The position numbers and the translations under genes were made by a program. From positions 1 to 44,464 of the forward strand of contig BTQB01000001.1 in assembly GCA_036985655.1 (NCBI GenBank): 44,464 nucleotides of DNA, read 5' to 3'. Below are positions 37,128-44,464 of the stretch, in pieces. Each line of letters begins with the position of its first letter. Within the stretch, counting starts at the first letter, position 1. Under the pieces are notes generated by a model. The model ran no database searches, had not been told where the DNA came from, and saw nothing but the letters and a program-made list of their open reading frames with translations. This stretch comes from Anaerolineae bacterium. GTDB lineage: Bacteria > Chloroflexota > Anaerolineae > Promineifilales > Promineifilaceae.

Positions 37128-37153
37128 GGGCTTCTGTGACAGCCTAATTTTTT
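37128..37153 (+). terminator. weak candidate intrinsic terminator after the SDR gene
   Basis: GGGCT-tctgtgac-AGCCT (5 bp including one G-T pair) followed by AATTTTTT. Confidence 0.3.
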
Positions 37154-37243
37154 CGCCGAGAGTTGGTGATCTTAGTAATATTTAGAAGCTGGACAACGAT
37201 GATTCCGAATTTACCATCGCAGCAAATAATCCGGATCATTTAG

Positions 37244-37903
37244 ATGGAATTTCGCCAATGTAAGAATGAACGCTGCCAGCTCCGATTTCCGTCAGAGGCC
37301 GCGGAAATGGTGGGAAATGCCTGTCCCAGGTGTGGCTGTGTAACGACCCCAATCGATTCTAAGCAGGGTTCTGAAAATTCTCAAAGAGAAAGGGGCCAAG
37401 TAGCGGACCGAAAAATTGTAGCCATATTGGATAACATTCGCAGCGCCTACAATGTCGGATCCGTAATTCGCACCGCTGACGGAGCTGGACTCAGCCATCT
37501 ATATTTTTGTGGGATAACTCCTCCACAAGATCATCCTCGAATAGCAAAGACTGCCCTGGGCTCTGAGAGGGTGGTCGACATCACACATCACCCAAATGGA
37601 TACCTGTTAGCTGAGGAGCTAAAAGCTTCCGGCTTTTACCTAATCGCGCTTGAGAGCGCTCCGAAGGCCATCTCTGTTTTTGATCCCAATCTGGTTCTGC
37701 CTGACCAAACTCTTGCATTAATTATCGGCAACGAAATTTCAGGCATCGATCCTGGAATCTTAGATCTATGCCAGGTGATCGTCGATCTGCCGATGATGGG
37801 AGTAAAGCAGTCATTAAATGTCGTTGTCGCCTTTGGAATTGCTGTCTATCATCTAAGATATCGCCTGTCCAATATTCAAAAAGCAAACTATAAAGATAAA
37901 TAA
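37244..37903 (+). CDS. TrmH/SpoU-family RNA 2'-O-methyltransferase with an N-terminal Cys4 zinc-ribbon-like extension
   Basis: 219 aa. The N-terminus reads C6-x4-C11 ... C27-x2-C30. The SpoU motifs LDNIRSAYNVGSVIRTADGAG, LIIGNEISGI and SLNVVVAFGIAVY follow. Confidence 0.8.
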   Translation: MEFRQCKNERCQLRFPSEAAEMVGNACPRCGCVTTPIDSKQGSENSQRERGQVADRKIVAILDNIRSAYNVGSVIRTADGAGLSHLYFCGITPPQDHPRIAKTALGSERVVDITHHPNGYLLAEELKASGFYLIALESAPKAISVFDPNLVLPDQTLALIIGNEISGIDPGILDLCQVIVDLPMMGVKQSLNVVVAFGIAVYHLRYRLSNIQKANYKDK

Positions 37904-37948
37904 TTTATGTATCAGTTTTATCCCTCTAGGCCGGAAAGCTTCTGAAAA

Positions 37949-38839
37949 TTGATGTTGAAATTGGAAGTTACAACGACAACGCCCAGAGCCAAGGTATTAA
38001 TGGAGCATGGTCAGAAATTTCGAATACTCAATGTATTTGAGAGTTCTTGTAATCTTGTAGATTCAGATGCCGCTGTCTTGTCCCTGGTAACTTCGAGCAT
38101 CGCTCCCGGTCCCTTTTCGGCCGTTGTTGAACCTGCCAGAAAGAAAAACGATGGCCTATTTGATTTCCGAGATCATATTCAGGCTGGGTCAAGGGTCCGC
38201 GCGACATCAGAAATGCTGGCCATCGACGATCTTCGCATAGTGAATATTAAAGACCGGTGTTGGGAGCCGCGAGTGAATTGGGAGAATACAAAAGCTGGGC
38301 AAATTAGACATTTTTTACCGCTTCTAACAAACCAGATCCTTGAGCTTGCTCCTGAAGAAAGCCTGGCAACACCCATATTGAAAGAGACTTATCAGGCATT
38401 TCACCATCAAAAAGCGGCAGCTGCCTGGGAGCAGCTATCAAATGGGATTAAGTGCACTGATCTCACAAAGTTCGATGAAGGGGTGGCTGACCTGGCTGGA
38501 TTAGGCCCAGGATTGACCCCTGCAGGCGATGATTTTCTAATGGGCTTTATTTACTCCTTTTGGGCTAACAGCGATATTAATTCAAGGAAATCTATGATTA
38601 AAAGGATCATTCAGCTGGCTGGCAATCGAACAAATACATTATCGAGAGCCTGGCTTGAAGCGGCCGGACGTGGTGAGGCAGCCGCCCCGTGGCACGACCT
38701 AGTAAAAGGCATCGTTCGTGATGACCTAACACTGGTCGAGGAAACAACAAACGATATCCTTGACATAGGTAGTTCCTCAGGGGCAGACGCACTGGCGGGT
38801 TTTGTAGCAACTTCAATCTTGTTGGCTCAGCTTCCCTAG
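37949..38839 (+). CDS. DUF2877-like protein (YlbF/AllH-like), tentative
   Basis: 296 aa. The call rests on the motif GLGPGLTPAGDDFLMGF plus the later DIGSSSGADALAGF, which I associate with DUF2877, and on the known fdrA-ylbE-ylbF association. It has not been verified by search. ATG at 37952 is the second codon of the track ORF. Confidence 0.45.
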   Translation: MMLKLEVTTTTPRAKVLMEHGQKFRILNVFESSCNLVDSDAAVLSLVTSSIAPGPFSAVVEPARKKNDGLFDFRDHIQAGSRVRATSEMLAIDDLRIVNIKDRCWEPRVNWENTKAGQIRHFLPLLTNQILELAPEESLATPILKETYQAFHHQKAAAAWEQLSNGIKCTDLTKFDEGVADLAGLGPGLTPAGDDFLMGFIYSFWANSDINSRKSMIKRIIQLAGNRTNTLSRAWLEAAGRGEAAAPWHDLVKGIVRDDLTLVEETTNDILDIGSSSGADALAGFVATSILLAQLP

Positions 38840-39104
38840 ATGGTTTTGTCCCTAAGCGTTTGGTTATGCCCATGCAGCAACAAAAAAACATTCAGACGGG
38901 GCAGCTGATGCGATCTCTCTCATGGAACATCAGAGGGGTCAGGTAATAGGCCAATGTCTGCGGTAAGGATCACTCCCTTCTATGAAGGGTCTATATATTC
39001 CAATTTTGGTGAAGAAGTTCTTGAGGTTACACTGGCAAATAATGCACTCTATCCCAGTTTACGAATTGGATCAGCTGCATTTATAAAATCAATTTGGATA
39101 TAAA

Positions 39105-39965
39105 ATGATCGTTCTTACTGGCGCTGGCGGAAAAACAGGCAGGGCGGTACTCAAGGAATTCGCCGCAAAATCACTTAATGTGCGAGCCCTTGTCTTCCGG
39201 CGCGAGCAGTCTGATGAGATGTTAGATTTAGGCGCCCGAGAAACAGCGTGGGGCGATATGAGAGACCCACGATTTATGCATATAGCGTTGGAGGGAGCAA
39301 GGGCGGTGTACCATATCTGTCCTAATGTTCATCCTGAAGAATTTGCTATCGGCCGTAACCTTATCGAGGCAGCTAAAAATCATTCTGTTGATCTCTTTGC
39401 CTATCATTCTGTGCTGCATCCCCAGACGGAAAAGATGGCTCATCACTGGCAGAAGTTGAGGGTAGAGGAGCTGCTCTTCGAGTCAGGGTTGGCTCACATC
39501 ATTCTACAACCTGCACCATATATGCAGAATCTTCTCGCTTACTGGAAGCAGATTCTCCACGAGGGTATATACTCTGTTCCATATAGCCCCGCTGCCAGAA
39601 TAAGCATGGTCGATCTTGCGGATGTTGCCGAGGCAGCGGCCATATTAGTCAGTTCAAATAGGCACATGGGGGGAATATTCGAGATAGTTGGCACTAGGGC
39701 CCTCTCTCAAATGGATGTAGCTGCCATTATAAGCCAGCAGTTAGAAATCGATATTAGTGTCGAACAAATCTCGCTCGATGCCTGGCGACAAAAAGCTCAA
39801 AAGCTAGGTTTAGGTGATTATGAAATAAAAGCGCTCCTGGGTATGTTTCAATATTATGACCAGTATGGTCTTGTGGGTAATAATCGCATTTTGAGTTGGC
39901 TTCTTGGGCGAGAACCAACCCAACTTTCTCACTTCGTCAATCAGTTATTGGGAAATCAGCCATAA
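39105..39965 (+). CDS. NmrA-like NAD(P)-binding protein (atypical SDR)
   Basis: 286 aa with the N-terminal Rossmann motif MIVLTGAGGKTGRAV. Length and layout are typical of the NmrA/HSCARG family. Confidence 0.7.
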   Translation: MIVLTGAGGKTGRAVLKEFAAKSLNVRALVFRREQSDEMLDLGARETAWGDMRDPRFMHIALEGARAVYHICPNVHPEEFAIGRNLIEAAKNHSVDLFAYHSVLHPQTEKMAHHWQKLRVEELLFESGLAHIILQPAPYMQNLLAYWKQILHEGIYSVPYSPAARISMVDLADVAEAAAILVSSNRHMGGIFEIVGTRALSQMDVAAIISQQLEIDISVEQISLDAWRQKAQKLGLGDYEIKALLGMFQYYDQYGLVGNNRILSWLLGREPTQLSHFVNQLLGNQP

Positions 39966-39997
39966 TGGCTGGCAGCTAGGGTGTTGAATAAGAGGAT

Positions 39998-41014
39998 ATG
40001 ATGGCAAAGCAAAGACTTGATCCCTCGGAAGTTCGTGTATTTAGCGGAAGCTCACATCCTCAATTAGCGGCCGACATAGCGAGATATCTTGATGTTCCCC
40101 TGGATAGCACCCAAATAAGCCGTTTTAGCAATGATAATTTATACATTCAACTAGGGGCAAGCGTCCGGGGTCGGAGGGTATATATCGTCCAATCTCTCTT
40201 TCCACCGGTCAACGATCATCTGGTTGAATTGCTGATGATGTTAGATATTGCCAGATCCGCTGCCGCCAAAGATATTCACGCGATCATTCCATACTTTTCC
40301 TTCGCGAGAAGTGACAAGAAAGATGCTCCTCGGATTTCAATTACCGCCAGGTTGATCGCCGATTTACTAGCCACCGCGGGTGCAACCCACTTCATGACCA
40401 TGATGTTGCATTCACCGCAAGTTCATGGCTTCTTCTCTATTCCGGCAGATCCCTTAACCGCACGTCCAGTTTTTGAGATGTACTTCAGGGGGCGAGATCT
40501 TGCTGATGCGATTGTTGTAGCGCCTGATGTTGGTAATGCAAAATCAGCCGGCCGCTTTGCCGATTCTTTGGGGTTGCCTATGGCAGCGGGGAACAAGGAG
40601 AGGATAACGGATCGAGAGGTTCGCATAAGTGGTTTTGTGGGGCGTCAAGTTAAGGGATTTAAAAAGGCCTTAATATATGATGATGAGGTCTCAACCGGAA
40701 CTTCTGTGATTGAGTTGAGTCATTTACTGGTGAAAAGTGGGATTGAGGAAATATCTGTTGTTTGCACACATGGCGTTTTTGTAGGTGACGCCTTACATCG
40801 TCTTAATCAGGAGGGTGTCATTAAGGAAATTGTAACCACAGACACGGTAGATATTCCAGAGGAAAAGAGAACCTCAAACCTTCATGTATTACCTGTCGGG
40901 TCAATTATGGGTGAAGCGATCCGGCGAAATTATCACCGAATTTCCATCGAGGGATTGTTTGTTTTTGGCGAGGAGGGGGGGAAACCCTCCACAGATTGGG
41001 ACGAAATAACTTAA
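39998..41014 (+). CDS. prs: ribose-phosphate pyrophosphokinase family protein (divergent)
   Basis: 338 aa with VFSGSSHPQLAADIARYL, IIPYFSFARSDKK, MLHSPQVHGFFSIP, VVAPDVGNAKSA and IYDDEVSTGTS. It has the overall Prs architecture, but several canonical motifs are substituted (see findings). Confidence 0.75.
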   Translation: MMAKQRLDPSEVRVFSGSSHPQLAADIARYLDVPLDSTQISRFSNDNLYIQLGASVRGRRVYIVQSLFPPVNDHLVELLMMLDIARSAAAKDIHAIIPYFSFARSDKKDAPRISITARLIADLLATAGATHFMTMMLHSPQVHGFFSIPADPLTARPVFEMYFRGRDLADAIVVAPDVGNAKSAGRFADSLGLPMAAGNKERITDREVRISGFVGRQVKGFKKALIYDDEVSTGTSVIELSHLLVKSGIEEISVVCTHGVFVGDALHRLNQEGVIKEIVTTDTVDIPEEKRTSNLHVLPVGSIMGEAIRRNYHRISIEGLFVFGEEGGKPSTDWDEIT

Positions 41015-41042
41015 TCTCTTCAGGATGGCATGGCTGCACTAT

Positions 41043-42686
41043 CTAGCCGCCATTGAGGAGATCAGTTAGATAATATAATTTATCCTTAATGTCAGATGCC
41101 TCCGACGGCGATGCCAGGCGAGGCTGGCCCCCAGGTTGTACCACTGCAGGCAAAAGGCCGATCTGTCGAACCCCATCTTTATCGAGCCAAACATTTAATA
41201 TGCCACTATTAGGGTCTCCGTCGATATCAAAAGCGAAATTACCTAGGCCGTAAACGATTACGCCATCCTTATAAAATTCCAGGCCTTGGAGTACATGGGC
41301 ATGATGACCAACTATTAAATCAGCGCCGGCATCAATTGCTGCCTTAGCAGCTGCTGATTGTTCGGGACTCGGCTGCTTCATATATTCAATGCCGCTGTGA
41401 AGTAAGACGATAACAATGTCTGAATTATCCTTGGCGCCGGCAACATCATGGGCAATTTTACCGGGGTCGGTCCAATTAAGGCCCGGTGATGATAGATCGG
41501 CGGTCCAGCTCCTGGTGTCGAATCCCGAACCTTCTACCTGCACATCGACGTAGGCCAAGAAAGCCACCTTAATTCCCTTGGACTCAAGATAAATTGGCGA
41601 GCTCGCCTTAACCACGTTGGCGCCAGCCCCAACGACATCAATTCCCTCTCGCTGCAGCAGGTTGATCCCCTGAATCAGTGCATCCTGTCCATAATCCAAC
41701 GCGTGGTTGTTTGCCAATGATAGCAAATCGAAACCAGCGTATGCCAGTGACTTTGCTGCCCCGGGGGGAGCCTGAAAAGTGTAGCTTTTATTTGCCGGTT
41801 CCCCAATATCACCTAGTGAAGATTCAAGGTTTCCAACGGTCAAATCGGCCGCAGTTAACTCCTCGATAACCAATTCAAAAGGGTAGCCAATGTTTCCCTG
41901 CTGGATTTCATCACCAAGTGATCGATCCAGCATGATATCCCCGACAGCAGCAAGACGAATAAAGGGGCCAGAATTCGGCGTCTGAATCAAGATATGCGAC
42001 AATTCTTCTGCCGCTTCCTCGAATCCCTTCTTAGGGATAACCGACCAGCTTTGCTTAAGAGGGTAATTGACATCAAAAGGTCCAATTCCATCGATCTTGA
42101 GAGCCCTGTTATTTGGTCTCAGTTCAAATATATCCTGGACTTCTACCAGAGGATGACCATTTAAGATTATCTTATTTGCTTCTTCGATCGTTAGCTGATC
42201 CCAATCGGTAGAAAAAGGAACAGTTAGAGCAAGGGGGCGGCGTCCGGCGAAAAAGTCTCCAGAATCAGTAGAAATGATGAGATCCGCCACTCTTTCTTCA
42301 TCTACGATCTTCCAATGATAAATTGAATTACCAGCGTTTAGGGATGCTATTGATCCTTCGATCGTCACTGACCAATTGGAAGGGCTGTACACTTTCACGC
42401 TAGGTTTTGGCGCTGCTGTTGGAATCGGCGTTTCAGTTGACAAAGGGGCGTTTGTAGGCGGCCGCTGGCTGGCGGCGCCAGCTGTGCTGGCGGCGCCAGT
42501 CGGACTAGCGGTTCCCATAGGGTCGGCCGTTTGCGCTTGGAGAACTTCCGGCTGGTCAATAATTAATGGAGCGATCTCTTCATCTATTTTTTGGCAGCCG
42601 GCAGAAAGAAACAGCAGTAATAGGGCCAGGAGGGCAAGATCTTGAGTGATTTTTTTACGATATCCTTTGATGGTCATGGTAGACAA
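41043..42686 (-). CDS. CapA/PGA_cap-family metallophosphatase-fold lipoprotein with an extra N-terminal domain
   Basis: 547 aa with the lipobox LFLSAGC and an Ala/Pro/Thr linker. The C-terminal half carries AAVGDIMLDR, NLES, SLANNHALDYG, HSGIEY and GHHAHVLQG. Confidence 0.8.
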   Translation of the reverse strand: MSTMTIKGYRKKITQDLALLALLLLFLSAGCQKIDEEIAPLIIDQPEVLQAQTADPMGTASPTGAASTAGAASQRPPTNAPLSTETPIPTAAPKPSVKVYSPSNWSVTIEGSIASLNAGNSIYHWKIVDEERVADLIISTDSGDFFAGRRPLALTVPFSTDWDQLTIEEANKIILNGHPLVEVQDIFELRPNNRALKIDGIGPFDVNYPLKQSWSVIPKKGFEEAAEELSHILIQTPNSGPFIRLAAVGDIMLDRSLGDEIQQGNIGYPFELVIEELTAADLTVGNLESSLGDIGEPANKSYTFQAPPGAAKSLAYAGFDLLSLANNHALDYGQDALIQGINLLQREGIDVVGAGANVVKASSPIYLESKGIKVAFLAYVDVQVEGSGFDTRSWTADLSSPGLNWTDPGKIAHDVAGAKDNSDIVIVLLHSGIEYMKQPSPEQSAAAKAAIDAGADLIVGHHAHVLQGLEFYKDGVIVYGLGNFAFDIDGDPNSGILNVWLDKDGVRQIGLLPAVVQPGGQPRLASPSEASDIKDKLYYLTDLLNGG

Positions 42687-43702
42687 GGTTCTAGCTCCAT
42701 CTCCATGAAATGTTCAATCAATGATTTTTCCTGGTTTTTTAATCTTGTTGCTAATTCGACCCCGATATAGCGGTAATGCCACGGTTCATAATAGAAACCG
42801 GTTAGCTCAAATTCTTCCAGCCGGTAACTTAGCGAGAAACCGTAAGTTTGAGCGTTCTCAGCCAACCATTGGCCCTCGCTTGTTTTGTAGAAGTAGGTAT
42901 GAAACTCTATACCCTCCAGCCCCACAATGTAGGCTAATTCGGGTGAACCGAAATCTATCGTTGTACCCAGCTGGTGCTCACTGTAACCTGGAGGTGCGCT
43001 GATAATACCCGCCCTGTCAGGCTCTTCCTCCAACCATTTAGACCAGGCTATTGCTTGAGCCGAATAATCACGATAGCCGGAAATAATAGTGGGCTGCAAT
43101 CCTTCATCAATCATAGCTTTGATCATTGAAACCAGCTGGTTGACAATTACCTCTCGAACCTCAGTTTGGTATCCCTTTGTGACCTCGATGGGCAAATAAT
43201 CACTTAGCAGCACCAGATCTGAGGGCTCATATTCACGGCTCAACCCGTACTGGCGATTTACAAGTACTAACAAGTCATCACCGGGAAATCGATCGGCACA
43301 TGGCTCGAGAGGGGTGGCAGTAGGCGTTGTTGATGGCCTAGGTGAGGTAGCCGGGCTAACTGTTCGCGTTGGGTTTGGTTCAGGTCGCTCTTTAGGCGTT
43401 ATTGTTGGCAAAGTTGTTAATGTTGGTGGAGCTTGCTTTCCAAGGGCCTTAGTTTTAGTTGGAGGGACTGCTGCCTCAGATGCTATTGTTTTTTCAATTT
43501 CGGGAGTTTGCGCATCTTCAATTAACGAAGATTCTGTACCAGCTTGCTGGCAACCCGTCAATAGAATTCCAGCAATGATTGTGATGACAACCAACCAGCC
43601 AATTTGAATTGAATAATTGATAGACTTTTTAACTCCGGTTTGGGCTCCACGTATGATCATCGATTTATATAATGATATCTGCTGCACTGTTTTGTACATC
43701 AT
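42674..43702 (-). CDS. M15B (VanY-like) D-alanyl-D-alanine carboxypeptidase lipoprotein
   Basis: 342 aa with a TM/lipobox GILLTGC and a Pro/Thr-rich linker. The catalytic motifs are SGYRDYSAQ, SEHQLGTTIDF and EPWHYRY. Its stop overlaps the CapA-like start by 13 nt. Confidence 0.85.
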   Translation of the reverse strand: MMYKTVQQISLYKSMIIRGAQTGVKKSINYSIQIGWLVVITIIAGILLTGCQQAGTESSLIEDAQTPEIEKTIASEAAVPPTKTKALGKQAPPTLTTLPTITPKERPEPNPTRTVSPATSPRPSTTPTATPLEPCADRFPGDDLLVLVNRQYGLSREYEPSDLVLLSDYLPIEVTKGYQTEVREVIVNQLVSMIKAMIDEGLQPTIISGYRDYSAQAIAWSKWLEEEPDRAGIISAPPGYSEHQLGTTIDFGSPELAYIVGLEGIEFHTYFYKTSEGQWLAENAQTYGFSLSYRLEEFELTGFYYEPWHYRYIGVELATRLKNQEKSLIEHFMEMELEPCLP

Positions 43703-44063
43703 TTCATTAGTTCGCTTTGTCGCAGGCAGAAGTTCAACATCAAGGCGTATATATTATCATTTTGCTGACGATTAACACCAAACGATAACGTAGATCAAAC
43801 ATAAAAAAAGGTGTGCCGTACAGGACTAAAGTGCTTTGCATTATGGCAAGTTCATAAGTAAGATCGATGTATCGTTTTTGTGCCGATGAAGTACGGTAAT
43901 TTAATCTCGACTGTGATGTTGGGATCTCGAATTAAACCAAGAAACCGAGATTTTTAGCAAAATCGGTTAACTTGGTGATATGTGGCTTGTTGGTTCCGCC
44001 TAAGGTTATGCTGATGTCGGAATGGCGGAGCTTGCCAACGGGATATAATTAATAGAAATCCTT

Positions 44064-44464
44064 ATGATCCCACAACTTCGACTATACATATCAAGACAAG
44101 CATCTGGTCTCTGGCGCTATTTTTGGGAACAGTCTTTTTTCTTTATGCTAGGCTGGATACCGACCATAATTGGAATAGGGATCCGCGGCATACTTTATCG
44201 GTCCATTTTAAAGATAGATGGTTGGGCAGCGATAGAGAATGGTGTTCGACTCCGGTTCGCAAATAACATTTGTTTACATAATGGAGTATATTTGGATCAG
44301 GGTGTTTATCTTCATGCTTGCCCAAACGGAATCGAAATCGGAAAGAATTCTATAGTCATGCATGGGGCCGTTTTGCATGTTTACAATTTCCGGGAAATAC
44401 CGCATTCAATTATTCGAATTGGTGAAGAGAGCCTCATTGGAGAGTATTCGGTTATTCGCGAGCA
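44064..44464 (+). CDS. hexapeptide-repeat (left-handed beta-helix) acyltransferase, N-terminal part (runs off the right edge)
   Basis: Absent from the track because it is open at the edge. From ATG 44064 the protein reads [106 protein letters not shown]...[17 protein letters not shown]. It has an N-terminal hydrophobic segment followed by [LIV]-G-x4 hexapeptide periodicity, as in WcaF/WbbJ-type O-acetyltransferases. Confidence 0.65.
   Translation, partial: MIPQLRLYISRQASGLWRYFWEQSFFFMLGWIPTIIGIGIRGILYRSILKIDGWAAIENGVRLRFANNICLHNGVYLDQGVYLHACPNGIEIGKNSIVMHGAVLHVYNFREIPHSIIRIGEESLIGEYSVIRE

Noticed and set aside
38954-39103. 49-aa ORF (MSAVRITPFYEGSIYSNFGEEVLEVTLANNALYPSLRIGSAAFIKSIWI) ending 1 nt before the NmrA-like start
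   Set aside because: The tight juxtaposition is suggestive, but there is no convincing Shine-Dalgarno sequence and no recognised family. It is too short to call without conservation or Ribo-seq data.
42468-42499. 18-nt tandem duplication GCTGGCGGCGCCAG(ctgt/tcgg) inside the CapA-like gene
   Set aside because: It encodes the low-complexity Ala/Ser/Thr/Gly linker (TGAASTAGAAS). This is ordinary linker slippage and not a regulatory repeat.
43703-44063. 361-nt intergenic region with a CCGTAC/GTACGG pairing and an ATCTCG...CGAGAT+TTTT hairpin
   Set aside because: The stems are short (6 bp) with long loops and no nested support. I recognised no tRNA or known ncRNA motif. It is probably promoter space for the divergent lipoprotein and acyltransferase genes.

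Overview
A gene-dense 44.5-kb chromosomal segment of about 40 coding genes. I found no rRNA, tRNA, CRISPR array or recognisable transposase. The protein signatures tentatively suggest a Chloroflexota-like bacterium: sortase/LPXTG-type sorting, two GT-C membrane glycosyltransferases, a short EF-Ts, and lipoproteins with Pro/Thr linkers. This taxonomy is a guess from protein style, not a computed result. Most of the window is housekeeping. It holds a partial glnA, a Thr/Ser dehydratase, a DtxR-family regulator with a palindromic operator, cobB, an MscS channel, the conserved rpsB-tsf-pyrH-frr-uppS-cdsA block, fbp, rho, an M23/LysM peptidase, rlmN, a HAD phosphatase, prs, and CapA-like and VanY-like lipoproteins. 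The accessory parts worth a second look are as follows. (1) From about 25.6 to 35 kb, the genes of a three-subunit molybdenum hydroxylase (FAD, 2Fe-2S and Mo subunits) are interrupted by an amidase, FdrA, a DUF1116 (YlbE-like) protein and a cyclase-family hydrolase. A DUF2877 (YlbF/AllH-like) gene is displaced about 6.4 kb downstream, and a divergently transcribed thiolase-like gene has a Thr codon at the position of the nucleophilic Cys. (2) An ORF-independent element of about 134 nt at 35112-35245 has 19 nested long-range base pairs enclosing two hairpins. It lies between the Mo subunit gene and an orphan OmpR-type response regulator. (3) A sortase is paired with an LPESG-anchored substrate. 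(4) A GT39 glycosyltransferase is paired with a YfhO-family protein. (5) A frameshifted mgtE remnant is present. (6) An unusually long (~0.9 kb) spacer with no convincing gene lies upstream of rpsB. I see nothing resembling a known defence system or mobile element. The catabolic cluster and the structured element are my best candidates for undescribed biology. All functional calls come from motif recognition by eye, not from database searches.
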